A stretch of DNA of 51,558 nucleotides from NCBI GenBank assembly GCA_964430265.1, contig CAYSEI010000002.1:207209-258766 (forward strand), given 5' to 3'. A model generated the notes under the pieces. The model saw only the letters and a program-made list of their open reading frames with translations. It made no database searches and was not told the origin of the DNA. Source of the stretch: an uncultured Pseudomonadales bacterium. Its GTDB lineage: Bacteria > Patescibacteriota > Microgenomatia > UBA1400 > CAYXSR01. A program made the translations under genes and the position numbers. Below, piece by piece: positions 1-9,602 of this stretch (its first letter is position 1; each line of letters starts with the position of its first letter).

Positions 1-39
1 TTCTTTTATAGAGACAGGCGGTGTTTCCCCAAAGTCCAT
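1..39 (-). CDS. partial CDS (N-terminus only, runs off window start)
   Basis: ATG at 39-37 reads MDFGETPPVSIKE to the window edge; minus-strand TATAAT (48-53) lies 8 nt upstream. Confidence 0.35.
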   Translation of the reverse strand, partial: MDFGETPPVSIKE

Positions 40-79
40 AATATTTAATTATACAATAAATATAAAAAAGTATTCTATT

Positions 80-1543
80 TTATTTATAAACTAATCTGCC
101 TTCAATTTTACGTTTCAGATTTTGATTATTTCTTAAATACTCCTCCAGAACTTGTTTGGCTGAAGTAGTGACCACCTTTTTCTTTTCTGATGCCAAAAGC
201 GACTCATGGGAAATATTTAGGTAATCAGGTGCACCTTTAAAATGATATCCTTGCAAACAGAGAGTATAATCCTTTTGGTCATCAACTGGTTGCCCTTTTA
301 CTTTTAATGAAAGTAGTTGTTTCTTTTTGTCACTATAAATTGCTTGAACTTCATGATTAACCTGATAACATTCTCCTTCTCCGTCGCGGTTCTCTATGCG
401 CATAATATGATTAAAAATTCTTTTCAGATCTTTGCCTTTAATTACAAAGCGATTAAGGGTATCATCATAGGGAAAACAAGTTAAAAGATCTTTTAAAGTT
501 ACTAACGGACCCATCTTTTTAACCCGGATTGAACCGCTGCCTACTAACATTACGTCACAATCAGCATTTTTTGCAAAAGCATCTGCCACAAGATTGCCTA
601 AAGTGGTTTCTACTTCTCTTTTGGGATGAGTCAAGGTTTGGGCAAATTTACAAATTAAAGCTTTATACTTCCGATCAACTTTGCCTTTAAAAGAATTGAT
701 AAATTTCTGTACGTTTTTGTCAGGTTTTGCAAGTTTGTCATCAATCGGGATCAACTGCCATTGGTAGTCAACAATGCTATTGGTATCATCATCAACAACT
801 ATGTCAAACCGGCCGATTTGATCAGAGCCGACTCCAGCTTGTGTAATCAAAATTCCGTTAACCATTTTTGGTTTTTTTAAAACAGTGTGAGAATGACCAC
901 CAATAATTAAATCAACACCCCATTCAGGCTTCAACATTTCAGCTAGCTTGATATCTGACTCAAAACCAATATGGGTGAGAAGGATTGTTAAATCAATATC
1001 ATCACCCTTGTAAGCATTGCAAATTTTACCTACCTCATTGCTGGCTTCTTCAAGATTAATAAAGCTGCCGATCAGCTCATCTTGTTTAATGGAGTCCATG
1101 ACTTTTTCAGTAATAATCCCGGTAAAAAGAATATCAAAACCTGCTTTGTTTAAAATCAAATAGGGTTGCATTAAGCGTTTGTGGTATTTTTTGATATAAA
1201 GATTAGCATTCACAATGGGAAAATTTGCCATTTTTTCCAAAAAAAGTAAATGCGGTAAGCCATAGTCAAACTCATGATTACCTAAAGCAACAACGTCAGG
1301 AGCTAAATAATTGGTTATTTCAATAGTAGAAATACCTTTGTATTCAGTGTCAATTAAAGATCCCTGGACCATGTCTCCGGAAATAACATACAAAACATTT
1401 TCTTCTTCTTTTCTGACTTTATTTATATATCCAGAAAGTAAAGCCAGGCCGCCGATTAATTTACCGCTGCCCTTTTTAGCTTCTGCCAGAAAATCACCGT
1501 GCATATCATTAGAGTGGAGGATAGTGAATTTTTTTGTTTTCAT
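80..1543 (-). CDS. 5'-nucleotidase / UDP-sugar hydrolase family metallophosphoesterase
   Basis: Calcineurin-like motifs HSNDMHG, GD, GNHEFD, THIG, GGHSH plus 5'-nucleotidase C-terminal features (ETTLGNLVADA, GSIR, FPYD); no signal peptide. Confidence 0.9.
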   Translation of the reverse strand: MKTKKFTILHSNDMHGDFLAEAKKGSGKLIGGLALLSGYINKVRKEEENVLYVISGDMVQGSLIDTEYKGISTIEITNYLAPDVVALGNHEFDYGLPHLLFLEKMANFPIVNANLYIKKYHKRLMQPYLILNKAGFDILFTGIITEKVMDSIKQDELIGSFINLEEASNEVGKICNAYKGDDIDLTILLTHIGFESDIKLAEMLKPEWGVDLIIGGHSHTVLKKPKMVNGILITQAGVGSDQIGRFDIVVDDDTNSIVDYQWQLIPIDDKLAKPDKNVQKFINSFKGKVDRKYKALICKFAQTLTHPKREVETTLGNLVADAFAKNADCDVMLVGSGSIRVKKMGPLVTLKDLLTCFPYDDTLNRFVIKGKDLKRIFNHIMRIENRDGEGECYQVNHEVQAIYSDKKKQLLSLKVKGQPVDDQKDYTLCLQGYHFKGAPDYLNISHESLLASEKKKVVTTSAKQVLEEYLRNNQNLKRKIEGRLVYK

Positions 1544-1582
1544 AGTTCCAATTATACTACTATTTCTAAATAAAAAAGATTT

Positions 1583-2983
1583 TTACAAACCTAGCATATC
1601 ATTTGCCTTTTTAAGTATAGAATTGGTTTTAGGCTGATATTTTTCTAACACAACAGCGTTTTTTCCCCATTGCTTTAAGATAGAGTTTATAAATGCCCAG
1701 CTTGATTTAACTTCTTCTGAAGTTACAAAAAGAGTTTGATCAGCATTGATAAAATCAAAAAATAACTGGCCGTATTCATCCAAGCTGTCTTTAGTAGTGG
1801 GTAAGTGGACTTTTAAAATTTCCTTTTTCATCTGCCATTTCAGTCCGGGTTTTTTGGCATAAAAACAAATTTTAATGCCTTGTTTACTTTTTGGTTCAAG
1901 TAGAAAAGACATCTGATTATTGTAATGCCCGTCTATCGGGCAAAGGCAGGGATGAGGGTGGCGGAAGTAAATATTAATTTCCTTTTGTACCCTGGCAAGA
2001 TTTTTGCCACTTTCTAAACTAATAATTGTGTTTTTCCATTGCTTTAAATTAAGTTGGGTTCTAATCTTGAAATAAGTTTCTGTATTAGAATTCTTTTTAA
2101 TGCCTTTAATTTTTTGATAGCCGTTAAACTGGGCACGAAAGGTGTTTTTCTTTACTTGTTTAGGAGTTAATGGTTTTAGAAACTTTATTAGCTTACAACG
2201 GCTTTGACGCAATTCTTTAGCACTGTAGTTTTTTGGTTGTGCCATTGTGGCAATAGTCATCATTTGTAAGACATGATTCTGGCCAACATCACGTAGAGCA
2301 CCGATTTTGTCATAAAAGGAATTAGGAACGCTGCTGTTTTCAAGCATTTTAATTTCAATTTTTTCAATACTCTTACTATTCCAATTGTGTTGAAAAAGGC
2401 TGTTGGAAAAGCGAAAGGCTATTACGTTTTCAAGCATTTGTTTAGCTAGATAATGATCAATACGAAAGATTTGTTTTTCAGTTAAGTGTTTTTGCAGTTC
2501 TTCTTCAGTTTTTTTAACTGAAGACATGTCTTGTCCAAAAGGTTTTTCTAAAGCCAAGCGTATCTTTGGATTACTTGTTTCTTGTTTAAGGATTTCTGCT
2601 TGGGCAAGATTATTTAGGGTTAAAGGATATAATTTGGGAGGAAGAGCTAAATAAAAGAGTCTTATTGGACGCTTTGATAAGGAAGCACAGATTTTATCGA
2701 TTTCCTTTTTTAATTCTTTAAGACTAGTTAAATCTTGAATATCTACTGGCAAAAATCTAAACAACTTAAGAAATTCTGTATTTTTAGAAGGAGATATTTT
2801 CAGTGTTTGTAAAATATATTCTTTAAGTTGTGTGTCAGTCCAATTTTTTCTTGAGGTTCCAATTATTGTGAATTGTTTTGGTAGCTGTTTATTTTTGTAA
2901 AGTGAATAAAAAGAATGCAGGATCTTTTTACTTGCCAAATCACTAGTTATACCAAAAATAGTAAGAACAACAGGTTTTTTCAA
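1583..2983 (-). CDS. zwf: glucose-6-phosphate 1-dehydrogenase
   Basis: IFGITSDLA, YLALPP, LEKPFG, RIDHYLAK, GALRDVGQNH, TETY motifs; TTG start preceded by GGAGGG. Confidence 0.95.
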   Translation of the reverse strand: MKKPVVLTIFGITSDLASKKILHSFYSLYKNKQLPKQFTIIGTSRKNWTDTQLKEYILQTLKISPSKNTEFLKLFRFLPVDIQDLTSLKELKKEIDKICASLSKRPIRLFYLALPPKLYPLTLNNLAQAEILKQETSNPKIRLALEKPFGQDMSSVKKTEEELQKHLTEKQIFRIDHYLAKQMLENVIAFRFSNSLFQHNWNSKSIEKIEIKMLENSSVPNSFYDKIGALRDVGQNHVLQMMTIATMAQPKNYSAKELRQSRCKLIKFLKPLTPKQVKKNTFRAQFNGYQKIKGIKKNSNTETYFKIRTQLNLKQWKNTIISLESGKNLARVQKEINIYFRHPHPCLCPIDGHYNNQMSFLLEPKSKQGIKICFYAKKPGLKWQMKKEILKVHLPTTKDSLDEYGQLFFDFINADQTLFVTSEEVKSSWAFINSILKQWGKNAVVLEKYQPKTNSILKKANDMLGL

Positions 2984-3098
2984 TTACCCTCCATGTTATG
3001 TTACTTTAACATTTTTCCTAATTAATATCGATGTGTAATGAAAATATAAATGATCAATGTTTAAAAAAGGACAAATAAAGAATATATTTGTATATAAC

Positions 3099-3821
3099 TC
3101 AGGAGTATCTTTGCAAAAAATCAACTTCTTTTTTATATACTTTCTGTAGTAGATCTGGGTCCCAGGGACTGTGATCCTGTTTTGCTAAAACAAGATAAGG
3201 TTGATTTTTGGCTTTAACTTTTTCAATTGTTTTATTACGCAATTTTTTGGATATGTATTTATCTTTTTCACCATAAACCAGGTGGATACCACCTAAATAA
3301 TTTTTTAGTGCTTTGAAAAAGTCTGATTCTCGTGCCTCAAGCCAAAACCTTCCCTTATATTTTTGTCCGCCTTCTTGATATATTTTCTCTGCATCCACGT
3401 TTATATTTGTTTTGGGATCCGGCACCCAAAGAAGTACACAGGGAATTTTATTCCTCAGCTCTTTTTTACCAGCAGCAACCATAGTTGCTGTAGCTCCCAT
3501 ACTTTGTCCCATTAAAAAAACTTGATAATCAAGCTCAAGATACTTTTTAGCAAAATATACTATTGTTTCAATCCATTCTTTAAAAGAAGAATCAATAAAG
3601 TCTCCTTCAGAGTTGCCGGAATTCGGTTGATCAAACCGCAACACGGAAAAACCATTATCAAGCAGTGTCTTTTCAAAATCTACAAAGGCTCTAGACGGTC
3701 CGGTGGAATCTCCTCTAAAACCATGGCTCATTATTACAAGTCTTTTTACTTTATCAGCAGGCTTTGTAAAAATATAAAAAATCTTTTTATTATTAATAGT
3801 TTCAAAATTAACTTCTTTCAT
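3099..3821 (-). CDS. alpha/beta hydrolase
   Basis: HGF oxyanion motif, GNSEG, GQSMG nucleophile elbow, GEKD acid, DH base. Confidence 0.85.
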   Translation of the reverse strand: MKEVNFETINNKKIFYIFTKPADKVKRLVIMSHGFRGDSTGPSRAFVDFEKTLLDNGFSVLRFDQPNSGNSEGDFIDSSFKEWIETIVYFAKKYLELDYQVFLMGQSMGATATMVAAGKKELRNKIPCVLLWVPDPKTNINVDAEKIYQEGGQKYKGRFWLEARESDFFKALKNYLGGIHLVYGEKDKYISKKLRNKTIEKVKAKNQPYLVLAKQDHSPWDPDLLQKVYKKEVDFLQRYS

Positions 3822-4091
3822 TTTAATATTATACCAAGAATTACAATACTAAGTTTTTAAAAAAAATAAAAACAGTGATTAAAAAGAACAAAATAATAGG
3901 AGCAACAAAAACTATTTTTTAAATATGCATTAATCAAAAATATCATAAAAAAAATTGTAGACAAACTTTCTCTTTAGACTTGGTTAAGTGCTTTATCTTT
4001 AATAAGATTAAATTAAGATTTATTCGAATTATGTTGATGATTGTGGTAAAATTTAAATACAAAAATATCAATTAAAGGAGGTGGAAAATAA

Positions 4092-4313
4092 ATGGCGGGA
4101 GTTATTGGAGGGAATGGGCCAACACGTATTTTTAAAGAAGGAGAAATGGGTACAACCAAGGGTGTTACTACTGAAAGTTTTAAAGTAATAAGTGATGGTC
4201 AAGTAATAAATGTTATTGAAGGTGGAGAAATTGTAAATGATGTAAGGGTGGAAGTTGATCCAGAACGGAGTAAAATTACAGTACATAGGGATTGGGAAGT
4301 AGTAGAACCCTAA
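4092..4313 (+). CDS. small acidic hypothetical protein
   Basis: 73 aa ORF with natural-looking composition, preceded by AAGGAGGT. Confidence 0.65.
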   Translation: MAGVIGGNGPTRIFKEGEMGTTKGVTTESFKVISDGQVINVIEGGEIVNDVRVEVDPERSKITVHRDWEVVEP

Positions 4314-4753
4314 GATGAAAGAGAGTAGTTAAAGTAATTTTTTAATAATGTGTTTTGAATTCTTGAATAAAAGCAAGTTTATTAATGTCATAGATTGACA
4401 AATAATCTGCGAATCCTTTGTACGGATAAGAAGCATATAAGAATTAATCTTCATTGTGTTGAGTATTACGCTCTAGTTTTATATATTCCTTTTTGGCTTT
4501 TTTAACAACTTATTTTTTTTGTCTTTTAACAAAAATTATAACAAAGTGTGTTCAATTGCTACTGTACTCATATATAAATGTATAATATTATAACAAGCAT
4601 CTAACCCATAAAATGCTATTTAAATTGTACAAAAATCTCTTAAACTAAACTTGCAACTTGATAATTAATTATATATATTATTTATGTAATTTTCTCTAGC
4701 TAATAGAATAAAATATTTCAAATAAAACGATAAAAAAAGGTTTTTTTTGCAAA

Positions 4754-4972
4754 ATGTCAAAACAGCCAAAATTTAAAATTAAAAGAATTGGTAAATGCAA
4801 AAATTGTGGTTTATGCGCAGAATTTTGCCCAAACGGTGTTCTTCAAATGACTAACAACAAGTTGGAAATTACTGATCAAGAAAAATGTGTTGGCTGCAAG
4901 CTTTGTGAAAAATTTTGTCCGGATCTTGCGATCAGCGTTGAAAAAACAGAACCAGGGGACACAAGTGCCTAA
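4754..4972 (+). CDS. 2x[4Fe-4S] ferredoxin, delta subunit of 2-oxoacid:ferredoxin oxidoreductase
   Basis: Two CxxCxxCxxxCP motifs; first gene of the OFOR operon. Confidence 0.92.
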   Translation: MSKQPKFKIKRIGKCKNCGLCAEFCPNGVLQMTNNKLEITDQEKCVGCKLCEKFCPDLAISVEKTEPGDTSA

Positions 4973-6005
4973 AAATGTTTATTCTGGAAACCACGCAATT
5001 CTTGTTGGAGCACTTCAAGCAGGTTTAAATTTTTACAGTGGTTATCCAATAACACCTTCTTCTGAAATTATGGAAAAAGCTTCTGAATTAGCTATAGAAA
5101 AAAAGGATTTTAATTTTATCCAGTTTGAAGATGAAATAGCTTCTATTAATGGATTAATCGGAGCAAGCTTAGGCGGTGCAATTGGCATGACTGCAACCTC
5201 AGGACCAGGATTTTCTTTAATGACAGAGGGTTTAGGCCTAGCTTATATGACAAGAACACCTCTTGTTTTAGTTAATGTGCAAAGAGTTGGACCTTCTACA
5301 GGAATGCCGACACTTCCTGCACAAGGGGACATTTTGCAGGCTTATCACGGCTGTCATGGCGACTACCAATCAATTGTTTTTTACCCTTCTTCTGTAACTG
5401 AGTGTTTTCAATACATTCAACAGGCAATTTATTTTAGTTTGGAAGCACGCCAGCCCGTTATATTTCTTTCTGATGCATATCTTGGACATTTAAGAGAAAC
5501 TGTTGATTTAAACATAAAAGTCAAAAAAAGAAAAGTACAAATAAAAGAGCCTTGGGGAAGCAAGCAAAGACATGTTTCTGGTCTGTTAAATCGTAATGGT
5601 AAACCAATGACTAAAGATACTGCATATTACCGCAAGTACTTGCAACAAAGAAAAGAAGAATTAGCAGGGATAGTAAAAAACTATCAATTTTATAAACATC
5701 AAGAAAAAGAAGGAGAAACTCTAGTTATTTCCTTTGGCATTACCAGCCAGTTAGTTAAAAAGGTTTATCCTACAGTCAGTATTTTGACTCCAATTCTTCT
5801 TTTCCCAATTATTAATAAAATGAAACAGATCTGTAAAAAATATAAGAAAATCATTGTAGTTGAAGCAAATGACGGCCAGTATGCACAAATTTTAGAATCA
5901 CACCTTAACCGCAAAATAGTAAAAGTTAACTTTCTTGGCGGCAGAATTGGACTTGATGAATTAAAACATGCTTTGAAAAAGGAGGTATCCAATACTAGCG
6001 CCTAA
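4965..6005 (+). CDS. 2-oxoacid:ferredoxin oxidoreductase alpha subunit (KorA-like)
   Basis: SGNHA, GYPITPSSEI, EDEIAS, TATSGPGFSLM, QRVGPSTGMPT; start moved to GTG 4965 (after AGGGG, overlapping the delta stop). Confidence 0.92.
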   Translation: MPKNVYSGNHAILVGALQAGLNFYSGYPITPSSEIMEKASELAIEKKDFNFIQFEDEIASINGLIGASLGGAIGMTATSGPGFSLMTEGLGLAYMTRTPLVLVNVQRVGPSTGMPTLPAQGDILQAYHGCHGDYQSIVFYPSSVTECFQYIQQAIYFSLEARQPVIFLSDAYLGHLRETVDLNIKVKKRKVQIKEPWGSKQRHVSGLLNRNGKPMTKDTAYYRKYLQQRKEELAGIVKNYQFYKHQEKEGETLVISFGITSQLVKKVYPTVSILTPILLFPIINKMKQICKKYKKIIVVEANDGQYAQILESHLNRKIVKVNFLGGRIGLDELKHALKKEVSNTSA

Positions 6006-6753
6006 TTCTCTAATCAGAAAATATTTTAAAAAAGAAGCGCTGCCAACAATTTATTGTCCGGGCTGTGGAATTGGATTAATACTAAAAGCAATGATTTCAG
6101 CTTTTAATGAGTTAGACTATAATAACGAAAATACCAGCTTAATCTCCGGTATCGGCTGTACAGCAAGGTCTTCTGGATATTTAAAATATGATTCTATCAA
6201 TGCTATCCACGGCAGAGCACTGCCAATTGCTGAGGGCCTTAAAAAAGTCAGACCTGAAACCAATGTTGTTGTTTTTTCTGGAGACGGAGATTTAACAGGA
6301 ATTGGCGGCAACCACTTGCTTCATTCCTTAAGAAGAAACAACAAAATTACTGTGATTATGAATAATAACAGCACTTTCGGACTTACTGGAGGACAACTAT
6401 CAGCAATGGCACCTAAAGGAACTGTCAGTCCGACAAGTCTAAAAGGTAGCCAGGTTGAACCAGTTAACATCCAGAGTTTAGCTACTGGCTACCAACCGCA
6501 CTTTTTTGCTAGAGGTTCAGTTGCCTATCCCGACCAGTTAGTTAATACAATTAAAAAAGCCTTGCAATGGCCAAACTTTTCTTTTGTAGAAGTAGTTTCC
6601 GTTTGTCCTACAAACTATTACCGTAGGCTTGGATTTAAAACTCCTGCAGAAATTTACAGACATTTGCAAAAGGATCTTAAAATAGTTGGAGAAAAAGATT
6701 ATTTAAAAAATAATGAATTAGGAATAGTTGCAAAAAAGGAGAAAAATGGATAA
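5992..6753 (+). CDS. 2-oxoacid:ferredoxin oxidoreductase beta (TPP-binding) subunit (KorB-like); start codon non-canonical or uncertain
   Basis: YCPGCG at 6052-6069 is in frame upstream of the first ATG (6091); SGIGC, HGRALP, GDGD...NN TPP motif, GLTGGQ. Confidence 0.88.
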   Translation: MLAPNSLIRKYFKKEALPTIYCPGCGIGLILKAMISAFNELDYNNENTSLISGIGCTARSSGYLKYDSINAIHGRALPIAEGLKKVRPETNVVVFSGDGDLTGIGGNHLLHSLRRNNKITVIMNNNSTFGLTGGQLSAMAPKGTVSPTSLKGSQVEPVNIQSLATGYQPHFFARGSVAYPDQLVNTIKKALQWPNFSFVEVVSVCPTNYYRRLGFKTPAEIYRHLQKDLKIVGEKDYLKNNELGIVAKKEKNG

Positions 6754-7201
6754 CCAGCAAGGAAGAATCAAGGTTTTTGGCCAGGGGGGCCAGGGAGTTC
6801 AATTTTTAGCTGACGTCTTAGTAAAATACCTTGGTTTTTTAGATTATAATGCAACTTTCTTACCGGAATACGACGCAGCTGTCAGAGGAGGTAAAATTAC
6901 AGCAGAAGTTGCTTTTGACCAAGAAAAAACTCCATGCCCGCAAGGAACTGAATTTGAAGCAGTTTTTTATTTAAATAAAAATGAAAAAAATAAAAATAAT
7001 ATTAAGGCCAAACAAACCTTTGATATTCAGGAGTTAATGAGAAGTGAAAAAAAATATACAAATATGTATGTATTAGGCAGAATTATGCAGATACTTAATC
7101 TTCCATTAAAAAAAGAACCGCTTCTTAAAGCTTTACCAGATAAAAGAAAACAGGACAATTACCAACTAGTTTTAAAAGGATATAAAGACAATGAATCTTA
7201 A
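6746..7201 (+). CDS. 2-oxoacid:ferredoxin oxidoreductase gamma subunit
   Basis: GQGGQG, Y..AVRGG, NMYVLG motifs; ATG 6746 follows AAGGAG. Confidence 0.88.
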   Translation: MDNQQGRIKVFGQGGQGVQFLADVLVKYLGFLDYNATFLPEYDAAVRGGKITAEVAFDQEKTPCPQGTEFEAVFYLNKNEKNKNNIKAKQTFDIQELMRSEKKYTNMYVLGRIMQILNLPLKKEPLLKALPDKRKQDNYQLVLKGYKDNES

Positions 7202-8318
7202 AGAATACCAAGGTAAAAAACTATTTAGCAAATTCAACATTCATGTTCCCAAAGGAATTGTTATTAATCAGGATGATGATTTAGATCCGCAAATATTTTC
7301 AAAACTGCAAGTTGATGAGCTTGTTTTAAAAGCCCAAATCCCTTTTGGAAAACGTGGGAAATCAGGGGGGATTCTTTTTGCCAATAAAGAGGACTTTAAA
7401 ACCAAAGCACGTGAGCTGCTGGCAAAAACAATCCATGGTTTTAAAGTCAACCAGCTCTGGGCTGAAGAAAAATTATCAATTGCAAAAGAATTCTATTTAT
7501 CAATCACTCTTTCAAGAACAGATAAAAGTTATATGCTTGTTTTTTCTCCAGAAGGCGGAGTTGATATTGAAGAGATTGCTGAAAAAACACCTGACAAAAT
7601 TATTAAAGTTGCTTTAAAAGAAAACTGGGAAAAGGAATTTTTAAAAAAAGCTCAACCCTTACAGTTAACAGAAAAAACAAAACAAGGGGTTATTGAAATC
7701 AGCAAAAAACTTCAAAAACTTGCTGATAATGATATAACTTTGGCAGAAATTAATCCGCTGATTTTAACAGAGGATCAGGAATTAATTGCTGCAGATGCAA
7801 AAGTAACTTTAGACAGTAACGCATTATTCAGGCACCAGGAATTTCAAGCTAAAGATAAAAAAGCTGTTGGTTTAGAAGAAGAAGCAAAAAAAATGGGACT
7901 AGCATATGTTCAGTTAAAGGGTGATATCGGTATTATTGGCAATGGAGCAGGATTAGTAATGTGTACTCTTGATACAATTGCCCATTTCGGTGGTACTCCT
8001 GCCAACTTTCTTGACATTGGTGGCGGTGCTAATAAAGAAAAAATGACAAAAGCTTTAAAAATTGTTCTAAAAAATCCTAAATGTAGATCAGTTTTTATTA
8101 ATATTTTTGGCGGAATCACTAAATGCAATGAAGTTGCGCAGGGTATTGTTAACTATTTAAAAGAAAACAACCTTGATATACCTGTTACAGTAAGGCTTGT
8201 TGGAACAAATGAAAAACAAGGGCAAGAAATACTTAAAAGAGCAGGAATTAAGTTTTATCAAGATATGGAAAAGGCAGCTATGCAAGCAGTTGCTTCCAGT
8301 AAAAGGAACAAAAAATGA
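7191..8318 (+). CDS. sucC: succinyl-CoA synthetase beta subunit
   Basis: MNLKEYQGK, KAQ...GKRGKSGG, EGGVDIE, EINPL, GNGAGL, NFLDIGGGA, NIFGGI. Confidence 0.95.
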   Translation: MNLKEYQGKKLFSKFNIHVPKGIVINQDDDLDPQIFSKLQVDELVLKAQIPFGKRGKSGGILFANKEDFKTKARELLAKTIHGFKVNQLWAEEKLSIAKEFYLSITLSRTDKSYMLVFSPEGGVDIEEIAEKTPDKIIKVALKENWEKEFLKKAQPLQLTEKTKQGVIEISKKLQKLADNDITLAEINPLILTEDQELIAADAKVTLDSNALFRHQEFQAKDKKAVGLEEEAKKMGLAYVQLKGDIGIIGNGAGLVMCTLDTIAHFGGTPANFLDIGGGANKEKMTKALKIVLKNPKCRSVFINIFGGITKCNEVAQGIVNYLKENNLDIPVTVRLVGTNEKQGQEILKRAGIKFYQDMEKAAMQAVASSKRNKK

Positions 8319-9178
8319 ATGTATTAATTGACCAGGATACAAAAATTATTGTACAGGGAATTACTGGAACCGCAGGAGCTTTTCATACCCAGCAGATGCT
8401 TGATTACGGCACTAAAATTGTTGGTGGAGTTACACCAGGAAAAGGCGGACAAAAAGTTCATAATTTAGCAGTATTTAATACTGTAGAAGATGCCTGTCAA
8501 GAGTTGAATCCTGATGTTTCAATACTTTTTGTACCTGCTCCTTTTGTAAAAAATGCAGCATTTGAGGCTTTAGAAAACAACTTAAATATTATTATAATTA
8601 CTGAAGGTGTCCCAGTTAATGATACGTTAACAATTATTAAACAGGCAAAAAAACATAATCAATGGGTACTTGGACCTAATTGTCCGGGTATTATTGTTCC
8701 TGAAAAAGCAAAAGCCGGGATTATGCCCGGCCATATTTTCAAAAAAGGGAATATTGGAATTGTTTCCAGATCAGGAACTCTTACTTATGAAATAACAGAT
8801 CATCTTTCCAAAAACAACCTTGGCCAATCCGTTGTTGTTGGTATTGGAGGCGACCCAATTCCCGGGCTTGATTTTATTGAAGTAATAAAAATACTTGAAC
8901 AAGATCAACAAACCGAAAAAATTGTTATTCTCGGTGAAATCGGTGGTAATGCTGAAGAAAAAGCAGCTGAATATATAAAAGAAAATGTTTCTAAACCTGT
9001 AGTTGCTTATATTACAGGAACTACAGCTCCAAAAAGCAAAACAATGGGCCATGCAGGTGCAATTGTTTCGGGGAAATCCGGATCGGCAGAAAGCAAAATA
9101 AAAGCCTTTAAAAAAATAAATATTCCAGTAGCAAGCTTGCCTAGTCAAATTCCAGACTTAATTAAAAAACTGGTTTAA
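8315..9178 (+). CDS. sucD: succinyl-CoA synthetase alpha subunit
   Basis: VQGITG, GVTPGKGG, GPNCPG, SRSGTLTYE, GIGGD, phospho-His motif MGHAGA. Confidence 0.96.
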   Translation: MNVLIDQDTKIIVQGITGTAGAFHTQQMLDYGTKIVGGVTPGKGGQKVHNLAVFNTVEDACQELNPDVSILFVPAPFVKNAAFEALENNLNIIIITEGVPVNDTLTIIKQAKKHNQWVLGPNCPGIIVPEKAKAGIMPGHIFKKGNIGIVSRSGTLTYEITDHLSKNNLGQSVVVGIGGDPIPGLDFIEVIKILEQDQQTEKIVILGEIGGNAEEKAAEYIKENVSKPVVAYITGTTAPKSKTMGHAGAIVSGKSGSAESKIKAFKKINIPVASLPSQIPDLIKKLV

Positions 9179-9368
9179 ATCTTTTTTTACTATTACAAAT
9201 AAAAGTTTTCTGTTGCCTGTTTATAAACAGATTAGAGGTGCCGTCTTCGGCGTGGTCTCCGCATTTTTATGTGCGCGATTTTAGGAATACTAAAATAAGA
9301 TAATTCTATACAATCGTAAAAATTTTAGCATAATTTTTATATAAACAATAGTAAATTAAGACTAAATT

Positions 9369-9572
9369 GTGTATACTAAACTTACTATGAAACAAATTAT
9401 GAAATTGGTCTCATTTATCTTCGTAATAATTGTGTTAACACTTGTAAGAATGATTGCTATCAATCTTGGAATAAATACTTTTATACGAAACTTAATATTA
9501 ACTAGTCTTTTTTTCTTAATAGGTTCTAGATTGGGATATTTTAAAGTTTCCAAAAAAGATAAGAAAAATTAG
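9369..9572 (+). CDS. small two-TM membrane protein
   Basis: Two hydrophobic stretches and a basic tail. Confidence 0.45.
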   Translation: MYTKLTMKQIMKLVSFIFVIIVLTLVRMIAINLGINTFIRNLILTSLFFLIGSRLGYFKVSKKDKKN

Positions 9573-9602
9573 AACAAATTGCTAAGATTTAGCAGTGGTA
9601 GG

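Noticed and set aside
9209-9220. att duplicate of the tRNA-Gln 3' end (TGTTGCCTG versus TGCTGCCGG)
   Set aside because: Too short and mismatched to distinguish from chance
9217-9230. E. coli-type LexA box
   Set aside because: Spacing is CTGT-N6-ACAG rather than N8, and it is not upstream of a repair gene
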